Assembly (NCBI RefSeq): GCF_041956535.1
Contig: NW_027192209.1
Location: 511,408-575,407, forward strand
Reading direction: 5' to 3'
Source: Calcarisporiella thermophila CBS 279.70
Lineage: Eukaryota; Fungi; Calcarisporiellomycota
Length of the DNA: 64,000 bases
Below the pieces are notes generated by a model. That model saw only the letters and a list, made by a program, of their open reading frames with translations, was not told the origin of the DNA and made no database searches. This document shows, piece by piece, positions 50,394 to 63,970 of the stretch. The stretch's first letter is position 1. Every line of letters starts with the position of its first letter. Made by a program: the position numbers and the translations under genes.

Positions 50394-52179
50394 CTATGCG
50401 AGGCCTAGTACTTCTGGCACCGTGGGATGACGCGGTACAAATCGAACCTTGTAGGGGGTAGGGGCAAGGGCAAGCCCCCCAATGCCAGAGTCGATATCGA
50501 TCTCTTTATTGGAGGGACCACGGATGCGGAAACCCCAGAGAATGCGCGCCACTGCCAAGAATACCTCGCGCTCGGCGAGGTGTTGGCCGATACAAACGCG
50601 GCGCCCTGCGCCAAATCTGGCGTGGAGGCGATGTAGGGAAGGGTCCTGGGTGAGCGAGTATGGGGGAAAGAGTGTAAAGGGAAAGTCGACTACTTACGCC
50701 CAGTGTTCCTTGACGCCTGGAATTTTTGCCGGCAGAGCGCCTGGAGTCCCCCTTGTGCGAAGGAAGCGCTCCGGATCAAATTGGTTTGGATTCGAGTACA
50801 CGAGCGGGTCATTATGGATTGCATCTATGTTGAGGATGACATCTAGCCAAGGCAAAAGAGGAGCCAGTGAGTCAGCGAGCTCTCTTGGAGAACACGGCAG
50901 AGACTTTACTTGTGTTCGTTGGGATCGAGAAGCCCATATATACATCGTCATCCGAGGTCGCATGCGGGACCCCAAGCGGGGCAGGCGGCCTAAACCGTAG
51001 AATCTCCTTCACCACTGCCCGAACGAAGGGCAGATGGGGCTCGTCGCTAGCTTCGGGGAGCCGGCCAGGCCCCACGATGTGCATCAGCTCCTCATAGGCC
51101 TTCTGTGCCACGAGAGGGTAGTGGGTTAACACCGCGAAGAGCCAGGTGAGGGTCGATCCCACCGTTTCCAACCCGCCCGAGAGCACCGCACCGCACGTGT
51201 AAATAACGTCCAGCGCATCCATCTCCTCCTTCTCGGCGACCCGCAGCACCTCCGCAGCCATGCATTCCTGTGAGTTGGGGGTTGGGGAGGGCGAGTCGAG
51301 CTTGATGCGAAGTTCATCGATGAGGCCGCCCCACACGCGGATGCTGGTGTCCCGCAGCCGCTTGCACCGAGACAGAACGGGGTTGGGGATCCATCGAAGG
51401 AACGGGAAGTAGTCCATAAGGAAGGTGATGGGCCCACTGAGCACGGCCATCTCTTCGGTGATGTGCACAAGGGACTTGAAGAGGGGGTCGTCGAGGGATT
51501 TGGTGCGCGCATCGAAGATCACGCTCAGGGCCACGTTCATCGAGTAGCGTCGGCAGTAGGTGGCGGGGTCGATGGGCGCCGCGGCCGAAGAGGTCAAGAG
51601 GGACTTGAGCAGCTCGCGGGATTCGAAGTCGATCACGCCGCGGTACCGCTCGACGGCCTTTGGGTTGAGGCTGGCGTGGGCCACGCGGCGAATCTTCTTC
51701 AGGTAGTGGTTGTAGGGGGTGGGCAGAAACCCGCGGGCTCCGGGCATAATCACATCACTCCAGGTGTAGAAGCGGGCGCGAGAGCTGTATTTGGCGCCGC
51801 GTGTCTCGAGCAAGTCGTGTGCAGCCTGTGCGCTATTGACCACGATGGTGTCGGCGACGGCGGAGATGCGGGGGCCGAGTTGGACGTGGTAGACGGGGCC
51901 GAACCGGCGGGCCAGGCGGGTGAAGACCTTCTCCGGCTGGGAGGGGGAGAATTCGAGGATGCTGCCGAGGAAGGGGAGGCCCCTTGGGCCCGGCAGGGCC
52001 CTACCGAGGGCGGGCTTGTTGGCGACGAGGGCGACGTTGAGGGAGAAGCGAAGGAAGAGGAAGCGCAACAGGGCCACGAGGCACCCGATTGCAGAGAGGA
52101 GGGTCATGGCGACACTGAGCGTCTCGACACGATGCCCTAAGGAGGAGAAGTGCTGGCCCAGCGCGGTGAAGTCGAGCAT
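50394..52179 (-). CDS. Cytochrome P450 (third, unrelated to A/B; 3 exons)
   Basis: LPGPRGLPFLG, GGLETV, KEILR, DPERF, HWA/FGAGRRVCIG. Confidence 0.95.
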
Positions 52180-53753
52180 TTTTGTTGCGGCCGTGTTTTG
52201 GTTGGTGTGGCTTGATTGGGAACAAGTATTGGGTGGAGAGCAGTGGCGGGATTGGAAAGCAGGCCTTTGTCGTTATTATTGGGGAACGGCGGGACACCCT
52301 GCGGAAAAGAGCGCTAAAGAGCAGCGGAGAATGGAACAAGCAAGTTTTGGATTTTTTTTTTTCCCGCAAGGTGGAGCTCATTTTTATAGCCATTGGTGAT
52401 ATTTAAAGAGCGGCTCAGGCCGGAGCGGTGGGGAGGAAGTAGAAGGGAACAAAATCACCCGCACGGACTGATGAATTAACGCTTCTTTAGGAAAGAATAA
52501 AACAGTCCGTATATTACTCATGGAAGGGGGGATTTCTCTTAGAATTTATTAAACCTAGTTTGATCTTTTTCCCAGTGAGGGCAAAAAGAGTTGACAGTGT
52601 GGTTGCGACTTGTAGGCTCCGCTTTTGGCATGACCTTGAGACCCGGCACTCTCCCTTTCCGGTTAGAGGCTCTGCATGGGAGCGCAGAGGAGCCATGCGT
52701 GCATGGGGTGTGGCCTGTGAGCGCAATGTGGCTGCCATGTTTATATTTTCGTTAGCGCCGAATAGCTCGGGGAGGTTTGGTCAGCGACGGCGGCTAAAAA
52801 AAAAGACAAAAAACTCGTTTTCCTTTTCGCCGCCAGCTCTCAGTCCGCCAGGAGTCACGCTGAAGCTAAATCGCCTTTAGGTTGCAGGCCTGTTCACATA
52901 TAACGCTACAACCATCGCCAAATCGTGTCATTGTTGCGCAAGCTTAGGGGCGCGGAGAAATGAGCCGCGGCGGCGGCGCTGCCTTGCGAGTGTCATGGGT
53001 CTTGCCTGTGGGCCTCCCATGCCCACTCACGATCTGCCGCCTCTGGCGCTGCATCGGGGATCGAGCGGATCGCACTCGAAACACTAGGGGCCCGAGGGCG
53101 GCCCCGTCCGCTCCGTCCCCCATTTGTAGGAGGAGGGTGCATCGCCTTGCCTGCCGCCCATTGCCCTCGGTCGCTTGAGGGGCAGCGGACACTAGCGGTT
53201 TAGGCATGAGCAACTTTGATCCGCATAGACGCAATGTTGTCAGTTGATATATGCGTTCGGAACTGACACCAGCGGAGGTGAATGGGCGGAAGGGCAGCAG
53301 CCGCGCAAACACAAAAAAGGCATTGGCCAAGGAGCGCGAGGATGAGAACTCTCTTTTTTTCGATCTGGGCCGGTTGCATCTGGAAGCAAATGGGAAGAAT
53401 GGGAAAATGCAAGTGTGAAGGCCGTTTCCTTTCCAACCCGGGCTGCAGCTGCAGCTTTGGGACCAAGGCTGCGCCACGGAGTATCAGACCGGTGTGAAGC
53501 ACACCGATGGCGTCACCCCCGTGTGATGTCTCCCGCCTCCGTCATGGAGGGCCGAGGCGTGAGCTACCACTTGACTAAGTTTCTTGGTTTTTTCCTTTCT
53601 TTCGTTTCCTGCATCTACCCCCTTTCCTCCCGTTTTTCCATCACTTTCTCGCTCTAATTCCAACCCCTACCCACGCCAAGTCTCATTTTCCCCAAGAAAA
53701 CTTGAAAGAAGCGGAGGATCTCGATAGAGCGCGCGTCAAACCAAGAATTAAGC

Positions 53754-56700
53754 ATGGCGTTCCCCTCGCATCATCATCCTTCGCGACCGGTGGATCGCGA
53801 GAAGGCTGAAACCGAGCTGGCCCTCAATGTCAAGAAGGCGACGAGTCCTGATGAGACTGCGCCGAAGCAAAAGCATGTCCGGAGTAAGCCCATTGCTAGA
53901 ATTAGCTGAGATTTGCGCGTCCACGCATCCATTAACCTTGTCTTTCAAACCCGTGCCCCCATTAAAGGCTGCATCGTATACACATGGGACTACCACACCT
54001 CCCAATCGATCTGGACGCTTCTCAAGATGCAGCCCATCTTGTCAGATGAGGTGCAAACCTTCAAAGCCCTCATCACCGTGCACAAGCTCCTATGCGATGG
54101 CCATCCCAATGTATGCTTTATCAAGCACTAATCTAATCTCGCGCCCCCATCCTAGGCTAACCCTCATCGTATTCCCATTTCTGTTACAGATTCTCAGAGA
54201 GGCACAGGCGGAGCTGCCATGGGTCCAATCTTGTTCGAGATCGGTCATGGGCGATGGCTCGCGCGGGTATGGCACGCTCATTCGAGCCTATGTTGAATTT
54301 TTGCTCGCTAAGCTGAATTACCATCGCGTGCATCCGGACTTCACCGGCAATTTCGACTACAAGGAGTACGTCAGCTTGAAGGGAATTGATGACCCCAACG
54401 AAGGGTAAGCCATTTTTGCTCGTCTCTGTTGTCAGCCCATCTCTCTCCAAACGACTTCTAACCTGTGCTCTTTGCCCCTCCTCCTTCCATTTCCCTTCCA
54501 TCTTAGCTACGAAACAATCAGCGATCTCATGAATCTTCAAGACCAGATAGACGCATTCCAAAAGCTGATTTTCTCACAATTCCGCCCATCCACTAACAAC
54601 GAATGCCGAATTGCCGCCCTGGTTCCCTTGGTGGAGGAGAGCTACGGTATCTACAAGTTCGTAACAAACATGCTCCGTGCGATGCACAGGCGTACCGATG
54701 CAATCGACGCTTTGGAGCCGCTTCGGACTCGCTTCAATGCCCAACACTACCGGCTTCTGAAGTTCTACTACGAATGCTCGAATCTCAAGTATTTGACTAG
54801 TTTGACGAGCGTGCCAAAGCTTCCACAGGTATAGCCCAATGCCTCTTTGCGTTCTCATTGAAATAAAAGAATACGGACTAATCAGTGGACGCTCTAGGAT
54901 CCCCCCTCCCTCATGGATACATCTGGCCCGCCCTCACTTCCTAAGCGCCAAGCCACTGTACGCGATCCCACCCCTACTCCACCACCCCCCCAACCCGACC
55001 CCGAACCTATCATCGATTTTTGGTCAGAAACACAAGCGCAGCAGCAGCGCGAATATGAAATGCAGCAACAGTTGCTCGCGCAACAACACCAGGCGGAGCT
55101 CGAGCGCCAGCGCCAACTGCAGCTGCAACAGCAACGTGAATTTGAGGAGCTGCAGCGCATCCAAGCAGAGCGCGAACGGCAGCAGAGAGAACAGCTGATG
55201 CGCGAGCAGATGCAGCGGCAGACTGAAGGTCGTGTGTTGGAGCTGGAGAGGGAACTTCTAGGGCTGAGAGGACAATTTGAGAGGGACCAACTCTCCCTGC
55301 AGCAATATGACCAGGTGAGTAGTAGTCGCACGGATGTGGATCGCCTGGGATAGGAATATTTATGTGTGTCCTTTATTCATCTATAGCGAGTGAAAGCCCT
55401 TGAAAATGAACTGAGCCAGTTGAATTTGAATGCCCAACAGCGCGACGCCTCTAAAGACGAGCTAATCAAGTCGCTTCAGGGTGAGTTGTCTCATTTATTT
55501 TCCCGTGTTTTTTACTTTTTTAAATACAAACACTGATCTGTGTTAATGTTTTCCATTTTTTCCTTTTTGTCTAGATCAAATTGCTATGTGGAAGAATAAG
55601 TACGAAGCCCTTGCTAAACTCTACTCGCAGCTACGTCAGGAGCATCTGGAGCTTCTGAACAAGACAAAGCAATTGCAGCTCAAGGCAAACTCGGCACAGG
55701 AGGCAATCGAGCGCATGGAGCGGTTGCAAGGCGATATGAAAGCAAAGAACATGGAGCTTGCGGATATGATCCGGGAGAGGGATCGGGCAAGAAATGAACT
55801 TGAGCGATTGAAATCGGTATTTTTCAGATCCATTTTGAACCCAGCACCCATATTGATTCATCTTACCCCCCACCCTCCCTCCCCCTTTGTAGAGCCATTT
55901 GGACGAACTGAACCGGCTTCGTCGCGAGCTCTCGGATGCGAATACCCGCGTGGAAGAGCTCGGTCGCACGAAAGGCGCTGAGGTGGAGCGCTTGCTCTCC
56001 AAATTCAACCGGGAGAAGAGTGAGTTGGAGTCGGTAGCTCGCGACAAACAGCACACGATTGACGATCTGCTGAGGCAGTTGGAGGAGCGCCGTGCGGAGG
56101 TGGAGCGTATTCAACAGGAGAAGGACGAAGAGATTGCGATCATGCAAGCGGGAATGGACCAAAGCTTGCTGGCGCTGGCGGATCTGCAGCGGAATTCGGG
56201 CGATAAGGAGTCTACCCTGCAAACCCAGCTCGATTCCTTGACACGGCAGCACATCGCGAAGCTGGCCCAAATCCTCGACAGCATCCTGGCCTCCTGCATC
56301 CAGAAGGTGGCCGATGGCGTCTATGACCTCGAGGTGGGCGGGCCTGGAAACCAGAACGCCACCCCGGAGTTTGCGCTCTCGCTGATTGAGATGGCGACGG
56401 CCTCGTCGAACGAGTTCTCCACCGCATTCAGCATCTACCTGCAGGGGGGGAAGAAGGGGGGCGATCCCACCGACGTGATCTCCGCCGCGACCAACTTGGC
56501 GCAGGCCATCGTCGACGTGATGGCCAACCTGAAGGGGGTGACACGCCTGGCGCAGAACGACGAAAAGGTGGAGGAGCTGATCACGTCAGGGAAGAGCGCG
56601 GGCGAGCGGGCCATCTCCTTCTTCTCCAGCGTCACGTCGAAGAAGATAGACGCGCTGTCGGCGGTCCAGCGGCCCGAGGTGGTCCTCAAGAGGAACATGG

Positions 56701-57503
56701 AGCTGCAGCAGGCGTTGCAGCACGCGTCGCAGCTCACGGAGAAGCTCGTGGGCAGGCAGGCGGGCGTTTCGTCGATGGCGGACTCGGAGCTGGGCGACCT
56801 GGTCGAGCGGGAGATGTTGAGCGCGGCGCGCGCGGTCGAGGAGGCCACCGCCAAGATCCAGGCCCTGATGCAGGCGCCGCGCCCCGAGGTGTCGAGCACG
56901 GAGTTGCAGGTGCACTCGGCCATCCTGGACTCGGTGATGGCCATCACCAACGCCATCGCGCACCTGATCCGGTGCGCCACCGACGCGCAGCAGGAGATTG
57001 TGGCGCAGGGGCGCGGCACCAGCTCGGCGCAGGCCTTCTACAAGAAGAACAACCGGTGGACGGAGGGACTGATTTCGGCGGCGAAGGCGGTGGCGGTGGC
57101 GACTAACATCCTGGTGCAGGCGGCGGACGGGGTCATCCACGACACACACTCGCTGGAGCAGCTCATTGTCGCGTCCAACGAGGTGGCGGCGGCCACCGCG
57201 CAGCTCGTGGCGGCCTCGCGCGTCAAGGCGACCTTCATGTCGCGCACGCAGGAGCGGCTCGAGGCGGCCGCGCGCGCCGTCACCGACGCGGCCTCCGCCT
57301 TGGTCAAGGCGGTCAAGACGATTGCGCAGCAGCGCGCCGAATCCAAGAGTCGCACGGACTATGCACGCATGGCGGCCCACGAGTTCAAGGTCAAGGAGAT
57401 GGAGCAACAGGTGCTGATCCTGCGGCTCGAGCAGGAGCTCACCAATGCCCGCAGGGAGCTCGCGGAAATGCGCAAGGTGTCCTACCACCAAGACGAAGAC
57501 TAA
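53754..57503 (+). CDS. SLA2: Sla2/End4 (HIP1-like) endocytic adaptor, ANTH + coiled coil + I/LWEQ
   Basis: KKATSPDETAPKQKHVR, FKALITVHKLL, FYKKNNRWTEGLISAAKAVA, EMEQQVLILRLEQEL. Confidence 0.97.
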
Positions 57504-57506
57504 ACC

Positions 57507-57572
57507 GCTTCCTCCCTTCCCCCCTCTCCCCCCTCTTCCCCCTCTTCCCCCTCCTCCTCCCCCTCTCTTTCC
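57507..57572 (+). repeat. Polypyrimidine/polypurine tract just after the SLA2 stop
   Basis: About 60 nt almost purely C/T (CCCCCTCTT-like units). Confidence 0.75.
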
Positions 57573-58484
57573 AGCCCTACCGTGCTTGGGGTGACCGACC
57601 CATCTTCGGCCATGAGCGCGGAGTGCATCTCTTTTCTTTTTCTGCTTTTGCATGATTTTACGCTTGATAACGCCTCCCTATTTCTCTATCTCTATCACTT
57701 CCCCTTATATATATATATGTTTTGGCCTTTCCTCTTTTTTATCCCTTTCGGAGTGTATGATTTTTTTATAACCTTTTTTTTTTTCTCCCTAAAAGACGTC
57801 TTTTTCCTAAGAAAGCAATTGGGAGAGGGTGCTCCATTCGCTCTGTCGATGTATACTTTGACGAAGATCGAGTGGAAAAAGAAACAACTTTTCCTTCCAT
57901 TTTCCATGAGGAGGAGAGGAGAGAAGGGAGGAAAGGCAATGAACAATGGGAATGGGGTAAAAAAGATAATAACACACTATTACTATTTCAGATGGAGAAT
58001 AAAAAAACATAGAACCAGGTATGCTTCAGAATCATCATTATAGATAAACGAGAAGAGGAAGAATAAGAAGACTATAGATATACACAAAACGACAAAACAA
58101 AAACTCTAAAAAGCTAATAATATGATATTATGATAGGAGGATATAAGAGAAAAAAAAAAGGAGAAAAAACTATAGCTAGCATTATATAATGAACTCTTTT
58201 TTTTAGGGGGGGGGAGAGAAAAAAATATAAAAGGCAGTCGGAATAGATAGTAAGCTGAAATAAAATATATATATATATAGAAATGTATATAAAAGAAAAA
58301 AAAAGAAAAGATATACAATATGGAAGCCTCGCCCTTCTAAATCCAACATGGAGAGATAAAAATAAACTAGAAATAGAATGATAGCACTGAAGGGGAAAAA
58401 AAAAAGAAGAGACATGCACACAACATGGATGACGAGTCATAAGAGAATAGAAAAGCTCAGAGTGCAAATGAAAAAGCGGCGAAT

Positions 58485-60366
58485 TCAGCTCTCCACATGC
58501 CCGTTTATCGGCTTCATCCCAGGCTGGTTCGTCACCAACGAAGGGAACATACAGCCTCCACCCGGCGGAGGCATTGGGATGGACACCTGCATCGCGACAG
58601 CAGGGGCCAAGCCCTCCTGTATGGCCGAGGCGGAGGAGTAGTAGTGGTGTTGCTGAAACGGGGGTTGCTGCTGCTGCTGCTGCTGGAGGTGATACGGAAT
58701 CCCAGGCTGCGGCGAATAGGACAATGGAGGTGCTGGTTGCGGATAAGACCGCGCTGAAAGCGAGGCGTTACGCTGTGGGGGCATGATGGAGGGGGTAGCC
58801 TGTGCATCCACCGCTGCGCCGGGCTTCTCCTCCTCCGAGCCGGAGCTGGTGTCTGCTTTTGGTCCACTGGCGGATTCCGTAGCACGGAACTTTTGGTCGG
58901 CCGACGCAATCGTTGGGGGCGGCGTCAGGATGGACGCGGGTGGGTGCGCAGGGATCTCAGGGGGGGCAACCGACCCATTTCTTGGCAGTCCACCTCTCAA
59001 TCCATCACAATGCAACGGCTCAGCCGGGGCGTGGCAAATGGCCGGATGTGTGTATGCCGAGTGATACACCTCTGTTGGCGTGGGCGGAGGGAGATGTGGC
59101 CGGTAGTGGGGGGGATGCACGGGCGGAGGAGGCGGGCGCACCATGGGGACGTAGATGGAGGGCTGTTCGACCTGGCTTACCAGATTCACAGCTGGGAGGG
59201 GCGGGTGCGGGGGAGGGTTGGAATAGAGCTGCGATCGCTGTTGCAACTGTTCAGGGCTGTCAATGACGACGATGACCTCCGGGGTCCTTGCAGTCGTGAT
59301 GCCGAACTGAGAATGAAGCGGCTGCGGCTGAGAGCGAGGGGAAGTGTAATGGGGGGGAGTACGCATCATAGGAGGACTAGGGGTTGTGCGATCGGCAGAG
59401 GGCGAGTGATGGGAGGGCTGTAACTGCTGATGAGGCATCATCGCCTTGTGTTCTCCTCTAGCTCTGTAATGCGGGGACACTCCATTCTTTCCTCCATTCG
59501 CTGATTCCGCCGCATTCCCACCCGCATTCCCACTCCAGCTTCCCCCCGCTCCATTATTAGCTTGCTTTGACCGCGTTGGGGATACCGGCGCTTGCTTTCC
59601 TGGCGACCCTGAGCGCTCAGAGGGGGGTGTGGCAAGCAGTTCTCCAGGATAGTTGGAGAGGTGATTGCGGCGATGTTCCTCCTCTGCCAGCCAGTGACGC
59701 AGCAACTGATCACCATAATTCTGCAGCTCCTCAATAGGCACTGCAAGATGGAATTCGCACAGGACCAGAAATTCTCGCTCCAGGATATTGAGCTCGTGTA
59801 CAGGGAGGCCTCCAACCTAATGGGTAGGAATCATCCATGATTAATTCCCGTCATGGTTAGAAAGAAAGAGAGGAGAGAGGGGGGCGGAGAGGGAATACCT
59901 TTGCGTAGCGTGAGTTGGTGTAAAATACATCTGAAAAATACTTTGATGCAATCACCACCCCCGAGATAATTAGCCGGTGAATGTTGTATGAATTGATGGT
60001 AAATGGATGGCCAGTTTTTTGGACCGTGTATCGAGCCATACGGTCAAAATAGACCAGCAGCGACAGGAAACATTCATTGGGGCAAGGGCAATATTTGAGA
60101 ATGCGTACCAGATACGCGTGGATGTCGATGGCGGGCAGTGAACGCGCGTGGAAGCGAGTGTAATTTGGGTGCACCCAAGATTCGTCACCCTCACGCGTTG
60201 ATAGAGCGCGAGTGGGGCTTTCTGGAGCACCAGAGCCGGCCACAGCGGTAGAAGAGCTCAGCGGCTTGAGCAGCTGATCATTCGCTTTTGTGATGCGCTC
60301 AAGGCAGCACGCAAGCATGCGCAACATTTCAAGGGTTGGGAAATTGGCAAGATTGAGGTGGTGCAT
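58485..60366 (-). CDS. Pho80/Pcl-family cyclin (Pcl6/7-like) with long Pro/Gln-rich tail
   Basis: FHARSLPAIDIHAYLVRILKYCPC, NIHRLIISGVVIASKYFSDVFYTNSRYAK/VGGLPVHELNILEREFL. Confidence 0.92.
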
Positions 60367-62935
60367 TTTATGATTAATGGGAATGTTGAATTAGAACTAA
60401 AATCGAGAGAGGAAAGGGGGTAGGAGGGGGGACGGCAAGCAGGAAAGGAGGGAAGACAACAGGAAGCAAGTGGTGATATTTCAACTAACAAAGATTATCA
60501 CGAAACACCCCTTCACAGACCAATCTTTCTCTATGATACAATGGGCTCTTCATTCGCGTACACGAACATAAAATGGAAAAGAGGCAAGAGAAGAGCAGAG
60601 AGAGGGGGGGGGGGAGGGCGGAGAAGATGGAGAGTGGAAACTGGATATTTTGTCCCCCAAAATATGAGATGTTCCTAGGAGTGAGATGGACTCAAGATGA
60701 AACTAGTTTTTGATTGATTTCTTTCGCATAGAAAAAAATTTTTTAAAGGTATCAAACGAACTTTAGCAGAAACATAAGAGGGGGGGAGGGGGGGCGAGAA
60801 CGTCACAATGTATTACGTCATGCGGGGGAGGCCTATAACTGTGGGCGATAGAGCCGAGGCTCTTAAGCCATCTGGAAAACAAAAGCTTAATTAAAAAATG
60901 CATTGAGGATGGATGTGCTGTCCCCCTTTTAGACTTAGGTTGGATCCGGCAGCTGTAATGGCACTCATTGATGCGATAACTTGTTAGTTGCAGGACCCCT
61001 TCAAGAACCGGTCTTCGGTCGAGGAAGGTTTCCTCGAGGGTTAGGTAGCCGAAGGAGAGGCGGCTCGTTTCCAAAGGGACGCGGGCGGCTAGGACTTGTG
61101 CTCCCCGTTTGAAGTCAGATTGCAAACTAAAGTAGGAAGAAAATAGATCCAGAGCCCGGCTAGGAACAAAAATGTCGGGTTGGGCTTAAATTCTGAAATA
61201 ACCTTCATATGCAGCAGAGCGCCGAAACATTACGACCAATCCCTAGCTTCCCCTTTCATCTCGGCTCCCTCCCCTCTCCCCACCCGCGGTCCCATTATCG
61301 CCAGCGCTGGCCGCACGCGCAAGGATAAGGAAAACCCCTCTTTCCCTGGCCTCCTATGGTGCCAAAACGCTTTGACACAGCATAAGCAACCTCCATACAG
61401 TAGTCCTCGTCGCGATGGCAAGACGGGGTTACTGGTTAGCTGACAATCCAGCCTTTTGCAGCGCTAATGCAGCGTTATACAGTTTAGATATGGAAAGCAT
61501 CTGTGGAATTAATTATGGGAGCAGGGTGTGGTTGCCGAGCGCGTCAGGACTTGTTTAGCTGTGCATTGCCCGAATTAAAATCCGGTCTGTTCTGGTCGGG
61601 TAGGCTTCCCATCTTTAATTGCTTGCGCCTATAGAGAATAGGTAGGGATCCTCAGCACACGCACCTATAAGCCATGCATTCCGCCCTCGACTCCTACACC
61701 ACGGCTCAGATTGGAAGCATGTGCGTGTAGGGGGGGGGGGGCGGTTCGGATCGATGCAATAGGCCCTCCGAGGGATGGGGCTGCTATTTAGAATTTCAAA
61801 GCCGTGTTCTCCAAGTGTCAGCTGTACAAAGGAAGGTGATACCCCCGCTTTTCATTGTTTGGGCTGAAATAATAGAATTCTATCCTTCGTGATATCCAGC
61901 ATGTTAACATAGGGAGACGAGGGAGAGCCGGACTGGCCAGGGAAGCCCATAAATTCACACATGGAGCTTCCTTTCATACTTGCAAATCCTCTACATCGAC
62001 GCCAGCAATAGGGCAGCGCCCCTCTTATCGCATTTGGGCGACAAGCTGGATGGCGGCTGGCATTTGCATTATAAATTAAGAAAGACTCCATTGCATTGGT
62101 TTAACACGGTTTGCATAAGCTTTCTTCCTCTAGTCCATTATCGGACCTTCACAGCTGACAAGTGTGAACACGGTCTGAATATACCAAAGGAATGGAGGAG
62201 CCTGCCTAATCACGCGGATTCGTACTCTATTTGAGGAATGGAATCGCGGTGGGCGAACAGGAGGACAGAATTAGAAGGGGCGCCACCGAATGTACAAGAA
62301 AATTTTTGTGTCCATTTAGCCAGAATGAAATCCGAGGCGACGTTTCTGGCTCGCATTGGATAATGCTCAAAGAGCAACAGCAAAATTTATGTTGCAATTA
62401 AGAAATTTAATGCCCATTACAAATATGAACCCGCCGGCTCATATAATTCGAGAAGATATGGAGAGGAATCCAGAGCACGCTCCACCATGGATGCAAATTG
62501 AACTGCCATGCCAGTTTCTTGACGTGAAGCTGGCACAATGAAGGCCTTTGAGCATCACCATCCTCGACACACTTTGTATTGGTCCAAGCTCGTTTTTTTT
62601 TTTCCAGAGTGTGCGATCAATATTTTTCTTAACCCTTGTTTCGAACGGAAAGATTTATTAAAATCGATTGGAAATGAGGCAAGCCTCGATACCATTCGTT
62701 ATGAGGCGAAAACTTCATAAAAAGAAACAACCGCTCTCTCAAATACTCGCCAGCCAAAAAAAAAAAGCTTTCGCGAAGTTTCCCCCTCTGCAGGTTTTTT
62801 TTTTTGCTCCCTCGCGCCAGCCTTCATTTCGCCTCTTGTTCTATTTATTATGTAAATTCTACCCCCATCATATAGCGTGTCTAGTTGAATTGTAATTATA
62901 GCCCTGCTGTTGTATTTCAATATTTATAATCCACC

Positions 62936-63893
62936 ATGGCAGAAATATCTCATCATGACCTATCCATGGTAAGTCCTGTACTTGGCTGTATATTTTCCCC
63001 ACGGGCGGACTCGCAATCATGGATCTTGACATCCTCTCCCCCTCACTTGCTATATATAGACGCTGCGGCGGCTGCGCACCCGCCTGGTGTTCGCCAGGCT
63101 CAAGGCCCAGAAGGGCTGGGAGCACCTTGATATCGGGACGCTCGAGAGGAAGTATCTCAAGGACACAACCAAGTCCAGCCTGAGGAACTGGCACCACTCG
63201 CCACGGTTCCCGCTGAGCCCCGAGCCGCCCTCATCGGGCGTTCGGCAGTACCGGCAGCCGCAGGAGCTGGAGAGCGTGAGGAGCACGCCCCCGCCGCCCG
63301 CCCGCTCGCATCCCCCCCGCACCCCCTCCCCCGCAAGATCGACCAAGGACGAAGAGGATGCCGCCCACATGATGCTGCTCCTCTACCACTCGCCCAGCCC
63401 CCGCCCCGCCACCACTCCCCCGATCTCGTCGGGCAACCCCGGGCATCGAGACTACTTCCCGGCGCTGCCGTCGGCCGCCTCCGCCTCCTCCGCCTCCAAC
63501 GTCTACCTCCCCGCCAAGCGCTCGCGAACCCTGACCGAGCCGGCCGGCGGAAGCGGCAGTCCGCTCCGGTTCAGCCGCACCGCTGGCGACGAGCATGACG
63601 ACGCCGAGGAGACTAGCCCGACTCTAAGGCTCGCCACCCTGCCCACCTACGAGTCCAAGTCCGACACCGAGGAGCGCTTGGAGGGCGGGCGGCTGGGCAA
63701 TGCGGCGGCGCACCGGCAGTTCTTCACGCCGCCGCCCTACACCGAGTACCTGGAGTTCTTCCACAAACGGCCGCTGGAGCATAGAAAACACCTGGACGCG
63801 GCGGTGGAGGGCCAAGGCGAGACGAGGTCCGACCCCGAGAGCGCTCGCCAGCAGGTCCTCGCCCCCATGGCCATCAGCAATCTGATCATGTAG
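62936..63893 (+). CDS. Whi5/Nrm1-like G1/S transcriptional repressor (2 exons)
   Basis: MAEISHHDLSM/TLRRLRTRLVFARLKAQKGWEHLDIGTLE resembles the Whi5 GTB motif; many SP/TP sites; EEDAAHMMLLL motif. Confidence 0.72.
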
Positions 63894-63970
63894 ATTTAAA
63901 TAGTGTTAGCCACTGTGTTGTATTTTTTATTTGATTGAGTCTTGTGTACAGATTTATCTCATTTCGTTAT

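Noticed and set aside
6079-52179. Secondary-metabolite gene cluster based on three P450s and a hydrolase
   Set aside because: No PKS, NRPS or terpene synthase; the genes are dispersed among housekeeping genes
51463-57653. Long antisense/alternative ORFs (e.g. 51463-52140 +, 56586-57653 -)
   Set aside because: Shadow ORFs of GC3-rich real genes (P450 C, SLA2); no independent motifs
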